Source: a virus (lineage: Duplodnaviria; Caudoviricetes). From it: a stretch of 64,000 nucleotides of DNA. Both the position numbers and the translations under genes were made by a program. Location: the IMG/VR virus record IMGVR_UViG_2832702071_000001, positions 1 to 64,000 of that record. One strand, 5' to 3'. Below are positions 34,085 to 47,204 of this stretch, one piece after another (the stretch's first letter is position 1; each line of letters starts with the position of its first letter). Under the pieces are notes generated by a model. That model was not told the DNA's origin and made no database searches. It saw only the letters and a list, made by a program, of their open reading frames with translations.

Positions 34085-37000
34085 TTAATCACTTCCTTAT
34101 GTTATAATTTTATTTATCAACCTGAATACTTTGATACTTCAATATAAGTTGTTTCACCACATTCATGACAGGCAAAATCCATTCCGTCAATGAAGTCAAC
34201 AATAATATCATTTTCACCTGTCATGTTACCTGTTCTAATTCACGTCCGCAGTTTGAACATTCGGTTTTAAATATTTGAATAATCATTTATTTTCCTCCTT
34301 TAATTAATTAAAATTCTTGTTTTATTTATCTACCACATCTTCATAGAATGCTATTTTTTGAATCAAGTGATTTCTATTTATATTATTAAAGTGATTAGCC
34401 GATAGCTCGATACCTTCAACCTCGTTAACTAGTTGCACTAGAGCAACTTGTAAGTATTCGATAGGACAATTAGGATTCTCCCAATAATTAACTCCCTCTT
34501 TAATCCATTCCATTTATTACCGTCCTTCCATTAAAATCTTGTTATTATCTTATATTGCTTAGCTGTGTTCTTTCTAATTGTTCTTGAAGTTGTTTACGTT
34601 CTTTGACAAACTCATCCTCAATTTCCTTTATTATTCTTATTTCACGACTTTGATCATGGTTGTCTAATCTCATTGATGCCGAGGTTAGTGCACTAATTTT
34701 ATTGTCTAATTCATTAATTTTGTCAAACGCTTGCATGACATTCACTTATAAAATCTCTCCTTCCGTTTAAATGTTACTTTTATAACAGCTCATCTTCGTA
34801 TTGGATTGAACCATTTTTATCGATATAGATACCTTTTTGCTTAACTAGATTTACGAATTTATCTTTAAAGATTATACCTGAATTAACTTCATCAAAAATT
34901 ATTTTTTGTGGACGGTTTCTCTCAATTAATTCAGCCAACACTTCAATTTGATCATCTAATGAACCTCGAACCGTTTTTTGCCCTAAATCTTTTCCATTTG
35001 CAATATCTAAACAACGAACCCTACTTTCCTCTCTTCCCCAATCAAAATAAAATACCTTCATTTAAATCTCCTCCTGATTTTTTATTTCCTTTTAAAATGC
35101 CATCATTATTTAATTACAACCCTCTATTTCTTAACGGTGTCTGTAGAAAGGTGTCTACAAGATATAACGATTTTTTAATTTGTTCACCTGTAAATAATGG
35201 GGCATTAATTGATTTAATACTAATTGTCCCATGATAATCTTCTTTTTTAGTGTAGGCATTAAACCACAATAACGGGTTAGCAAATGATGGATTTCCAATA
35301 GATACATTTTTGTCATCAGCATCCCAAACTGTTCCCAATCCTAATTTACCAAGCTCATCATATAATTTGTTTATGTCCATTTTATTTCCTCCTTTATTTA
35401 TATCAAATAAAATGTCACTTTTATTCATTTAATACTCTCTTCAGGTAGCCATACCTCTTTTCGTGTAATATTAACTTTTTTCTTGATTTCTTTATGATGC
35501 CATTCTCCACACCAATTGCATCTTCTTGTATTATTTACGTGTGTAAATCTATTTTTTGCACCCAACATCCAACCATTATGACTCCTATCAAAAATACATC
35601 TGCCGTCTCGCTCATAAGTTTCAAAAAACCAATCAGTTATATCTGTCAATTCCCAATTTGGCAATGCAAACCTATCAGATCTATTTCTGGTTAATATAGA
35701 ATCTACACTATGAAATGATCTTCCGTTTTTTAAACCTAATGGCAAGATAATAAGTTGTCTTGGATTTAAACTTTTATTTTTATCAAATTCTAAATACTTG
35801 CTATCGAACCATGAGTTGTGTACAAAATGTACCTCTAATTGATTTTTAACATACTTTCCTTCATCTCTATTTGAAATTATTTTGTGTAAAAATCTATATA
35901 AGTTCCAGCTATATTTATCTGACTCTCCTTTTGTTTTTGGTTTTATCCTTTTTATATCTATCATTTTTTACCTCCATTCTATTATAACGTCAATTTTATC
36001 TAGTCTTTTTTAAACATTTTTAAAATGTAATCATTGGCTTTATACAACTTTACATCTTCCTTTTTGGATACTTCACGCTTCAATGAATATAAATCATAAT
36101 AAGCAAGGAAGCTGTCTGATTGACCATCTAGACCCAATAATAATGTGTCTGTGCATACTCCATAATTCTTTTCAGTCGTGTCAAGATAAGCAACATTGTC
36201 AATTACGACAATATCACCGTATTCAATTTCTAAATCTTTAGCGTTATCAGTTATATGCAACTCCATTTAAATTCCTCCTTTCCGATGAAAGAAACATTTT
36301 ATTCTGTTAATCAACATCTGGTTGAAGCATACTGTTAAGTAATTGCTTAGACTCTTCTGCTAACTTATAATTTTTATTTGCTATATTAAATAAACGATTC
36401 GAATATTTTCCTATTTCTTGATTCAGTTTTATATTATTTAATTGTTTTCGTTCTACCTCATCTTCTAGTTGTCTAACGTAGTCAAATAAATTCAATAATG
36501 CATTTCTTTCCATATGTGCGCCCTCAGTTGTTTCAATATCTGTCATTAAGTCATGAATACCACTTGTGTCCCAATTATCCACTCAAATCATCTCTCCTCT
36601 ATTAAAATATAAGTTTTATCCTACAATTCTTTCAATGACCGCAATTATTACAACCACCCATAGCGAGAAACTACACTTATTTGCATCCATAATTCCTTGA
36701 TCTATATCACCTTTGAAGTCATCTATCCAAGTTTTAAAGTAGTAAATAACTGCTACCACTAAAAAAAGACCAAAATAATGTATTCAATATACTAGGATTA
36801 CCCGATTTTCTCATCTAGGTATGTAAATAATTCTTGCAATTCTTCTAATATCTCCGCTTTGTCTAAATCACTGTACGCATACACAATATCTGTAATTTGT
36901 TCTTGGTCGAGTGCATGATATTTATTTAATAATAATTGTAATTTTGTCATTTTTACCACCCTTTATATTATAATGTTATTTGTTAATACAAACTTTCTTC

Positions 37001-37948
37001 TTTATTTTCAGATCAATTTATATCATATCTTTTTCCTACTCTTGTATGATCTTATTAGACTAATGACCCATCAACTAACAAGGCTGTGTTCTCACATTCA
37101 AAAAACTCTTTCATAAATTCATTAAATGTAATATCCCTACCGTATTTGGAATTTGCCAGTTTCCAAAAAGCATATTCTCTTGTTACCAATTCTGGTTCTC
37201 CTTCAGATAAAACTTCTTCTGGGGTTTCTCCGCCTACTGTCTCAGAATAAACTTTTGCAGCATCATATACACAATCTCTCGTTAAATCTGTGCTAACTGT
37301 GATTAAACCATAATATTCTTGTTTACTAAATTCATAATATAATCTTACTTTCTTATTTATCATTTTTTTATTCCATCCTTTTTATATTATTTTATAAATT
37401 AAAACGAAGATTTTATTAATTACATTTCATATTCGATTTCTAAGTTAAACTCTTTTTGGCAATTGGGACACTTACAGTCATAAACTTCAACACACCAACC
37501 GTCTTCCTCGTATTCTCGTTTATGGTCATACACTCTATAAAAGTTTCTTTCGCTACAATGGGGGCATTTTTCAGACGTTGTTGTGTTTCCAGATGTAAAG
37601 CCTGTTGGATTGTCGTTATTGACAGCATAGATTGTTCTAACCTCCCCACAAAATTCTCCTTCAAATGGTACTACGAAAGTCATCTTATCACTTCCTTTAT
37701 AAGCTAAAATTTCCGGTTTATTTGATTATTTAAAACTTTTATTAATCTTTTTATGTGTTCTTCTGAAAATCAAACCTACAAACACGAACCAAATAATATA
37801 AATAGATACTGATATGATTGTCGGCAGCAACACTAACCACCAGCTCCAACTAATAATTCCAATAAGTTTTAATACAACAAATATAATAGTTAATGTTTCT
37901 AATACTCCCATTTTTCATTCTCCTTTTTTATCAGTTAAAATAAATGTT

Positions 37949-38305
37949 TTATTTAGTGTGAGTCCCTTCAACACCACGCTGTTCTCTACTCATTGTTCGC
38001 TTTCTTAACCATAATAATGCTTCCTCTAATTTTGTTATAGCCATTGAATTTTCTTTACACTTAAAATCAGACTGATTAAAATGCTCTAACCTTGAGATAA
38101 CCATAACAATCAGGTCTTCGTTCATTACACCATTAACGCCATATTCCTTAATAGCTCCTTCTTGAAAGTGAATTGTTTGTAATATCTCGTCATTGGCAGG
38201 CTGAACAACCTCAAAATAGTGTGGTGCATTAAATTGAAAATTTTCTTCATGATATACTTTTGTATATTTATTGATTAATAAATCGTGTTTTAATTCCTCC
38301 ATCAT
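37949..38305 (-). CDS. tad1: Tad1-like immune-signal sponge (Thoeris anti-defence 1)
   Basis: [13 protein letters not shown]...RLEHF...[31 protein letters not shown] matches the Tad1 family signature as I recall it. Confidence 0.85.
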   Translation of the reverse strand: MMEELKHDLLINKYTKVYHEENFQFNAPHYFEVVQPANDEILQTIHFQEGAIKEYGVNGVMNEDLIVMVISRLEHFNQSDFKCKENSMAITKLEEALLWLRKRTMSREQRGVEGTHTK

Positions 38306-39192
38306 CTTCTCCTTAATGTTTATCTTAAGTTATATATTTATATTAAATTATAATTATTAAAAAGTCAACAAATTACTCACCAATTAATAATCTATTTGGA
38401 TGGTATTTTTTAATCTTTTTATTTAAGAAGTCAGTATTTATAAAACCAGCGAACTTAACCATATCCTCATATGATGTAACCATAAACTCATCCCATTCGC
38501 CTGTTTTCTTCCAGTGATCGAATAGTAGTTGATGCTCTTTACTTTGATCTTCTATTAACGAAAATGAATTATCTAATTTAAACCCACTAGGAACATATTT
38601 AAACGTTTTAACAAGATCGACCAAACAGTCTTCGCATAAGTCAAAGCTCCATTGCTCCATATCAAAATTGCTATGATAACCAAATGATGTCGAAAACTCA
38701 TGAAACAAATCTAAATTATGATCTTTTTTTTCATTTTTGTATGCTTTCCCACACTTATTGCAGCTAATCATAGTCAACTCATCTTTATCAACCTTAACCT
38801 TTTTAAACTTTTTCACCATGTATTCCCCCTAGTGCGCTTTATAAGTTTTCATTTAAATAAACTAGTAGTTTTTCTAACTCATCAACTTTCTCTTTATCAG
38901 TTAAAACTGTGTCCATTTCTATAAGTTGTTTGTTTAGATTAAAACCTTCCGTGTGATAAAATTTATTCATTAATACTTCTAATTTAGTCATTCCAATTCC
39001 TCCTCTTGAATTTCATACATTATTTTCGCACTTATAATCTCATCTATATCTGTCTTTGAATTAATAAAATCCTGTGTAGATATATATTTACTATCAAACC
39101 TTAATCCCTCATATGTTTTCAAATACATCAATATTAGATGCTTATCTGTTTTTAGACTATCACCATATTTTTCAAATAGTGATTTAACATTT

Positions 39193-39501
39193 TCAATTGT
39201 CTTTTGCATATTCTTCTAAACTCTTAATAGCAAACTCAAGATATTTTTTAGCTTTTTTTAAGTCTGTCAATCCTTTATCTTGATGTTTTAGTGGCGCTCT
39301 TGATAGATATTTTATTGCATTACCTACACACATACCCAAATACCCATTATCATAATTTTTTGTAACCTCTTCGATCATCTCAATAGTTTCAAACTTACCA
39401 CTAGTATAGTGGTCAGGTGAATTAACCTCTTCTTTTTTATTAATAACGTTATCAACCGCTATTGATTGAAAATTCATATCTGTTTTATCTATTTTAAACA
39501 C
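39193..39501 (-). CDS. DUF3310 family protein
   Basis: VNSPDHY, GNAIKYLSRA..K, DLKKA..YL. Confidence 0.85.
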   Translation of the reverse strand: MFKIDKTDMNFQSIAVDNVINKKEEVNSPDHYTSGKFETIEMIEEVTKNYDNGYLGMCVGNAIKYLSRAPLKHQDKGLTDLKKAKKYLEFAIKSLEEYAKDN

Positions 39502-39507
39502 ACCTTT

Positions 39508-40149
39508 CTACTGAATAATTCTCAACTCTACTGTTTGGACACCAAAATTATATGCTTCATTTTTACTAGAAACCAATATATCTATATCATTCCCGTTTAT
39601 AGCCCCGCCAATGTCCATAGCCCTAGCCTTAAATCTTACGTCTTTATATCTAATTTCAACTAAGCTTCCCAATTTGATAAAGTTTGGGTCTACAGCAATA
39701 ACTCTATACCCATTTGGTGAATATATCGTGTTTCTTACATCCCAACCTTTATAATTCGTGTATCCAGTGCATCCTTTACAATTAGCCACGTAATTAGTAG
39801 CATTCATTGTTATCCAGCTATTACCTTCTTGTTCTTCTCTTATCTTTTCTTTCTTGATCTCCGCTTCTTTCTCTCTCTTTTCTTTCGCTGCTATAATTTC
39901 TTTTTCATTCGCTTTATAATAAACAGAAGGTTGCAACCTCACTGGAATCAATGGTTTTATATTTACATCATAATCATCCGTCTTCTTTCCATCTTCTAAA
40001 AGTCTATCAGCCATCTTAGAAAAAGAAGGGGAAAGGTATTTATCCTCTCCCCCATAAATTAAAATGCCAATAAAACTAGAAATGATTATGAGTGTTAAGA
40101 TAGAATAAAAGACGTTTTTTATTTTATTTTTATTTTCTTTTTTACTCAT
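39508..40149 (-). CDS. Membrane-anchored 3D-domain protein (YorM-like)
   Basis: N-terminal TM helix; IAVDP, DIGGAING..IDI. Confidence 0.85.
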   Translation of the reverse strand: MSKKENKNKIKNVFYSILTLIIISSFIGILIYGGEDKYLSPSFSKMADRLLEDGKKTDDYDVNIKPLIPVRLQPSVYYKANEKEIIAAKEKREKEAEIKKEKIREEQEGNSWITMNATNYVANCKGCTGYTNYKGWDVRNTIYSPNGYRVIAVDPNFIKLGSLVEIRYKDVRFKARAMDIGGAINGNDIDILVSSKNEAYNFGVQTVELRIIQ

Positions 40150-40161
40150 AAGACCTCCATT

Positions 40162-41298
40162 TTATTTAATTGATTTTGCAAATTCTAACGCTTTGGCTAA
40201 ATTATTTTCATCGACTGATTCTTTATATCCCATAGCGCTACCAAATAATTTATTAAATTCCTTAACTAACTCTTTTTGTTTCTTTATTTTTTTCAATCGG
40301 ATAATCTCGTTATCAATTTGCTCAACCAGCTCACCTGAAGATAATTTACTCTCTTCTTGTTCAGCAAATTCTTTTGTATTATCTTCACGTTTTTTAGCCT
40401 GATCTTTTTTGATATCCTCAACACTTTGTTTTGTCTTCTTAAGTTGTCCTTTTACTGCCTCTTCAAATACACGTAGGAAATTTTCGGCGCTATATGTTTC
40501 TTTGTCTGGCAGATTAGTAAATCGTCCTCCTGCAATCTCAATAAAGTTGCTAGGTCGGAAATACATATTAATTTCTGTTTCGTGGAAGTTGGATGCAACC
40601 TCTTTGTTTTTCTTGGTTTTCAAGTTTTCATCTAACTCGTTTCCATCTTTGTCAGTTACAACAACATCACCATACAGACAGCAAATCAAATCTGCTTGTG
40701 ATTTAAATATTTTTTGACCTGTCGTGTTCATCATTAATTCAACAGAGTTGTATTTTAATCCGTCAATTGTTGTTGTCTCTTTAACTTTAGTCCATGCTAA
40801 CCAAAAGAAACCGTAACCAGCATTTTTAAGTTTATCAATCTGTGTCCAAATTTCATCTTTCAGTGCAATCCATACATTTTCAGTATTAATATTTTCATTA
40901 TGCTCTTGAATTGATTCATATTGAACACCATATTTTTTATTCCATTTTTTGATTAGCCATTCGGATGCAGAATCAATCAGTTTATCTACGGTATCTACAC
41001 CGATAACTTTGGTAATACGACCATCTTTTGCCTCCTGAACTAAATCAGGAACAACTTCTGAGCGAAAGAATTCCCAACCCTTATTGTGCATATCAACAAC
41101 AGACTCTAACTCCCATGTGTTATAACCTTCTTCAAAAGCAAAAAGAGTGGCTGCATCTGGATCGTCAGGAAAAAATAACTCCATTACCTCTTTCCATAGT
41201 CGTGTTTTACCACTCTTGTAATCACCAGCTACCAATACGTTGTAATCTTGTAAATCTACTTTAGGAATGTTTTTCTTAACTGAACTTCTAAATCCCAT
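40162..41298 (-). CDS. AAA/RecA-like ATPase (YorG/Sak4-like)
   Basis: Walker A GDYKSGKT, Walker B GVDTVD; adjacent to the SSB-like gene. Confidence 0.75.
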   Translation of the reverse strand: MGFRSSVKKNIPKVDLQDYNVLVAGDYKSGKTRLWKEVMELFFPDDPDAATLFAFEEGYNTWELESVVDMHNKGWEFFRSEVVPDLVQEAKDGRITKVIGVDTVDKLIDSASEWLIKKWNKKYGVQYESIQEHNENINTENVWIALKDEIWTQIDKLKNAGYGFFWLAWTKVKETTTIDGLKYNSVELMMNTTGQKIFKSQADLICCLYGDVVVTDKDGNELDENLKTKKNKEVASNFHETEINMYFRPSNFIEIAGGRFTNLPDKETYSAENFLRVFEEAVKGQLKKTKQSVEDIKKDQAKKREDNTKEFAEQEESKLSSGELVEQIDNEIIRLKKIKKQKELVKEFNKLFGSAMGYKESVDENNLAKALEFAKSIK

Positions 41299-41334
41299 TG
41301 AATCTCTCCTTTTATATTAAATTATAATTATATA

Positions 41335-42519
41335 TTACATGCCTTTAAATGGGTCATCTTCATCAGCAAAAGGATCTTCGTTTTTATTTTCCTCAAATGG
41401 ATTACCCGATTTATTATCATCATTGTTTTCTTTATTGTCTTCTTTATCTTTTTTATCGTCTTCTTTGAAAGGATTATTTTCACTATTGTTTTTAGGTTTT
41501 TCTGTGACCTCTTCTTCTGTTAATAGGTCTTTCATATATGTTCCATTAACAATAGAATGAACTTTAACACCTTTGTCAGTACCAGTGATTGTTCTGTTAG
41601 TTCTAGAGACTGTATTTTCCTCTCCTACGGATGCAAATGGATCATCTTCAACATCTGTTTCTTCTTCCACCTCAGAAAAAATTGCCCGATTGTTGTCTCG
41701 ACCTTGTACCTCTACGAAATCAAATTTATTAAGTTTGGTAAACGCATCTGCTAAAGAAATGTTGTCACCTTCAGGCTCAACATACGGAACATCTAGTTCC
41801 ACTTCATAAGGGGTGCTTTTTTCCTTACCATAGTCAAGAAAATATGCATTAATTTTTGTCTCTCTTCCCTCTTCTTCTTGATATGTAGAATTAATACCAA
41901 TTTGCATAGAAACAAAATTTACCTCTTTGAATTCTTCAGACTCAAAATCTGTAACATATTTGTCTACGATAGTTGCTTTGCCAGCTTTAATTTCTTGCCC
42001 GTTTTCAATCGGTTCTGCGTCATTTACAATTCGCCGCTTAAAGTTGATTTTCCCTTTTTCTGAATCAATAAGTGAGCCAAATTCATATTTACCTTTCACT
42101 TCCATCCACTTACCATCTTTAAGTATACTTCCGATTCGCTCTGCTTTATCCCAATCAGTTTCAATTAAGTGGTAAGTATCATTAGGGTATTTGTCTTTGT
42201 TCGTTCGATCTTTCCAGTCAATAGCGTATGATTTCCCTTCACTTTGACTATATAGGTATGCTTTATCTTGTGGAAATCCAATTAATTGAATCTCTAAATC
42301 ATTATGATCAGCAGTTTCAATAACAAATAACAATTTTCTCATTGTATTTCCGTTAGACGTTTCACGTTCTTCTAAGTATGGTTGATTGACACGTATATTA
42401 TTTTCAAAACGTGTTGCAGGCTTAATTTTTCCTACAAAATGAAAGAAACTTTTAAATTCCTTTCCATTATGTTTTTTGTTTAATTTGATAATCTGTTTCT
42501 TTTTAGCCAAACTTATCAT
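41335..42519 (-). CDS. YorF-like putative ssDNA-binding protein
   Basis: Beta-rich body with an acidic tail containing DDPF repeats; position matches SPbeta yorF. Confidence 0.55.
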   Translation of the reverse strand: MISLAKKKQIIKLNKKHNGKEFKSFFHFVGKIKPATRFENNIRVNQPYLEERETSNGNTMRKLLFVIETADHNDLEIQLIGFPQDKAYLYSQSEGKSYAIDWKDRTNKDKYPNDTYHLIETDWDKAERIGSILKDGKWMEVKGKYEFGSLIDSEKGKINFKRRIVNDAEPIENGQEIKAGKATIVDKYVTDFESEEFKEVNFVSMQIGINSTYQEEEGRETKINAYFLDYGKEKSTPYEVELDVPYVEPEGDNISLADAFTKLNKFDFVEVQGRDNNRAIFSEVEEETDVEDDPFASVGEENTVSRTNRTITGTDKGVKVHSIVNGTYMKDLLTEEEVTEKPKNNSENNPFKEDDKKDKEDNKENNDDNKSGNPFEENKNEDPFADEDDPFKGM

Positions 42520-44420
42520 TCTCCTTTTATATTAAATTATAATTATATAGTTTAAAAATATACTACTAGATCATAAATCACCACCTTAAATGTTAAATAT
42601 CTTTTATTTTCTCTTTAAACACATTTATATCACTAGACAATATACTTGTCATTTCAACCATTATTTGCTTTAAATTATTAATCTTACTAGATAAATCTTG
42701 GACAACTTTGAACATATCTTCTTTATTAATAATTTCCACATGGTCTAATGGTAATGTCCTCTTGTTGCCTAAGTCATCAATGAATGTAACGGCATCACTA
42801 TAATTTTCAATAACAACATATATTGGTTGGCTTGTGCTAGGTGACACCTTCTTTGGTTTAATCATCTTTATATCCTTATGATTATCTAATGCATTCTTTA
42901 TAAGCAATGATTGACTAGGATTAATAGTATAATAGTTATTATTTTTGTCAACCATCTCTAGAATTAATGGGTTACCAATGTAGTCAACTTTTACACTTAC
43001 TACTCTCATTTGAACAGAAACTAAGCCCAGTTTAGTGTCTGTGACTAGATACTCCTCATTAACTTTAAAATCTCTATTCATTATAACTCACCTTCCTTTA
43101 ATTAGTCAACACATTTTTATATTAAATTATAATTAATTTCAACCTTCTAAACAAAATTCATCGAAGTCTGAAGTATGTAACGTATATTGTTTACTGTTAT
43201 CTCCAAATTCAAAATTAATGATATCAACATTGAATTTAATCATATCAAGCGCCATTTTATTAACAAACTCTTGAATCCCCTCGTGATCGTTTTCTAATCC
43301 AAACATATTTACATGCGCCATTATATTTTCCTCCTATAAAGTCTCTTTTTATAATTATATACATTCAACTCAATATTAGCTCCCGTCCCAAAGATTGACG
43401 GTCAATCGATTTTTTATAAATGAGCTTAACTTTTTACCATAAAATTTAACAATATGAATTCCTCATTTAAATTTAAAAATCCCTTTTTCTTTCTTTTTTT
43501 GATTTTTATTGGAATCACGAACATTTTGATTTTCATTTAAGTCGTGAACGGTTTCTCGCAATTCACGTATTTCTTTCCTTTGCTCATAATTTTCCCATTC
43601 TAGATCATGAAGTTTTTCTCTCAACTTCGCCACACTTGCATCCTTAATGTCTTTGATTAACTTTTCTTTTTGCCGATCCTCATAATCACCAACAATATAA
43701 TCAATATAAATTTCTTCTACATTATCGTCGATGTTAAAGCTTTTCTTTTCGACAGAATACTCTTTTCCTTCATATTTAATAATATTATAATCTTTCCATT
43801 TTTCATTAACGTAGTTAAGCTTGTTTAAATAAATATACTCTACAAACTCTTCTTTTTTTTCTATATATTTTTCAGGATCAGAAATCTTGTTTAAAAGCTC
43901 AGTTTCAGGGTTATACGAAATCATTCCAGCCCATCCTCCCATAGTAAGGTGAGATCGTTGATCCATCTCTTTATAAGTATATTTAACCTTTTTTCCATAA
44001 ATTTTTAACATTATAAAAATCCTCCTTGTTTTTATATATTAACTTCATTCTACCTCATCACTAGTAAACCTTCTCCTATAACTCCACTTCACCCCAGAGC
44101 GATCTTTTACCCTTTTCTTTACGAGCCTTTTCCTGTGCACCTCTGATGTTAAAGACACTATATGATTTGTGTTATAAGCAGTATCTTCTACAATAATTGT
44201 TTTATCTAGTAATTCCAACTCTTTAAATGATTCCAATCCCCTCATCAACGAATCTAATTTGTAAAATGTAATATATGACACTTTTTCTCCTAAAACTGTT
44301 TGGAAAGTTGAGTGTATTTCGTATACTTCTCTGTCTTTTTTTTATCATCTTTCACACGACTCTCTTTACTTTTAAATAGATTTAATATCTCAAACAACTC
44401 CTACCAAAACAAGGATTTTA

Positions 44421-45164
44421 TTATAAAATATATTCTTCACCTTGCCTAACAAAATTACAATTATTGATTTTCTCCATCAGTTCTACATCTGTGTCATCCT
44501 GATAGTGCATCATATAAATCCTCTCCATCAATTCATGACCGTAATAAGATCTTATCTCATTAATAGAAGCGTGAACTGGATTACTCACAATAGAACAGTC
44601 ATGAAATATCATGGCAGTCTTATCATCTATATGCCAGATCAATCCTTTTTCATATATTTTTGCGATATCTCCTGTAAATAGGATAGAAGAATTATTAGGT
44701 TGGATCACTTTAAACCCAAATGACTTCATTCCTTTTGCGTGATAATGGTCTGTTCTTATTGTTACAATCTTGTATTTATCAATATTAAATCCTTCTTCGA
44801 TATTAAATAAGCAGACATTAAAATAGCTCAAAAGGGTAAATCCATCTGTTTCCAAACCTCGGTTTAATGATCTTCTAAATTCCCTATATTGATCTTCCCT
44901 TATCCACAAATTAGGCTTATGGTTTAATATGAATTTGCAACGCTGCCCAATTTCCTCCAATCCCCCTACATGATCTGAATGTAAGTGTGTAATAAGAATA
45001 TCCGTTATGCTATTTAATTCATAATCAGACTCTTTCAAACTATAACGAATTGTTGTTCCTGCATCAACTAACATTCTTCTTTCACCAAAATCAAAAATAT
45101 AATTATTATGATAATACTTTTCTGTAAAAGCACCACCCACACCTAATGCTGTAATCTTAATCAT
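44421..45164 (-). CDS. apyc1: Apyc1-like MBL-fold cNMP phosphodiesterase (anti-Pycsar)
   Basis: G.GGAF..KYYHNN, THLHSDHVGGLEE, FHDC..VHAS..E, MHY.D and C-terminal QG..YIL match Apyc1 as I recall it. Confidence 0.8.
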   Translation of the reverse strand: MIKITALGVGGAFTEKYYHNNYIFDFGERRMLVDAGTTIRYSLKESDYELNSITDILITHLHSDHVGGLEEIGQRCKFILNHKPNLWIREDQYREFRRSLNRGLETDGFTLLSYFNVCLFNIEEGFNIDKYKIVTIRTDHYHAKGMKSFGFKVIQPNNSSILFTGDIAKIYEKGLIWHIDDKTAMIFHDCSIVSNPVHASINEIRSYYGHELMERIYMMHYQDDTDVELMEKINNCNFVRQGEEYIL

Positions 45165-45982
45165 GCTACACGTCCTTTTTAAATAAAATTATGATTTTAT
45201 CTCAACCTGTAAATTAATCTTAACATGTGTAATATATAAAATCAACAACTTTTTATATTAAATTATAATTATTTTGTTTTCTAATGAGCAAACTCATTGT
45301 TAATTGTATACCCAGCCATCACCATCTGCCATATCGCTAAGTATAAGAGTTCTTATTTCATCATCATTGAACCATCTTAAATATTTATAATTATCATGGT
45401 ACTTTACTAAATGGTTATCACATAATAATTTTCTCCTATACATTTTCAATTCTTGTTTGCTATCTATTGAAATTATCTTTGGGTAACTAATTTTGTGAAA
45501 AATTGCTTTTGATTCTTTTTGTAGAGCTTCTTTATATCGCTTATTATGAACAACTAAGGGGATTTTGTGAAAAGCAGCTAACCTAATATAGTAAAAAGTC
45601 TTGCTATTTAACTTGTCACTGCTGTCTAAAAACATCTGTAATTGACCATCTATCATTTCATAATCCCCCCTTATTTTTGTTCATATACATAATTAACATT
45701 GCCAGTCAGATAAACAGTACCGTTCTCAACCCAACTAATAAACATGTCTAAATCACCAGAAATTACATTTCCGCTATCGTCTGTTAGCTGCATAACAATT
45801 TTTTGATTCATTAATTTTTCCTTTGAATTTAATTGATTGTAATTTTCAACTTCATTATTCAACTCTTCTGTTAATTGTCTAACAGACAACGCTTCTTTGC
45901 TCGCTTCTTCACCAAACTTCAGTTGAATATTTTTGCTCTTCATTTTTATCTCCTTGTTTTTAAATATATTGTTATATCTTGT

Positions 45983-46555
45983 TTAGTTGTCTAGAGCGTA
46001 TGCGATATCTGAAGCATAATTCCAATCTAGTATTTGTGGTTGTGCTAATATTTGCATGAACGCTTTTGCCATTTGATATGCAACATCTTTTGCATGAACT
46101 CTTCCAGCCCCATGACCGAAGGCAGGAATAGCCACCGTATTAATATTTTTATGTCGCTCTGTCTCAATCAAAGTGGCTCTCATTGCACTATAGACATTTT
46201 CCGTCTTAGATATATCTTGCGGAATCCTCATTGTTGGGGTATGGGCTAAATATGGAATATTCTCATTTTGTGTATTAATAATAAAAGATGTCCCAACAGG
46301 CTGCTCGCTATAAAATTCTTTCATAATATATTCCTGTACACGTTCTTGTAATTGATTACCAAAATACCTAGTTATTGCTGCGTCCATACCTCCATTCATT
46401 AATCCGAAAGAATTAGCTGGTGACACTAAACAGTCAATATTGTCTAAGTTTTCAAATATTCCAGCGTGAATTTCAACATTATCAAACTTGTTGAACTCTG
46501 TTTTAAGTCTGTCATAAATAAATTCATCTGTGGCTATTAGAATATATTTTTTCAT
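45983..46555 (-). CDS. Macrodomain protein (ADP-ribose processing)
   Basis: VSPANSFGLMNGGMDAAI, HTPTMR, AFGHGAG. Confidence 0.9.
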   Translation of the reverse strand: MKKYILIATDEFIYDRLKTEFNKFDNVEIHAGIFENLDNIDCLVSPANSFGLMNGGMDAAITRYFGNQLQERVQEYIMKEFYSEQPVGTSFIINTQNENIPYLAHTPTMRIPQDISKTENVYSAMRATLIETERHKNINTVAIPAFGHGAGRVHAKDVAYQMAKAFMQILAQPQILDWNYASDIAYALDN

Positions 46556-46631
46556 TTTTACCTCCGCTTTCCTCTTGTTTTCTTTGATTTACTGCCCCAT
46601 TCTACTTAAATTTTCTAATAAAATCAGTATT

Positions 46632-47204
<573 letters not shown>

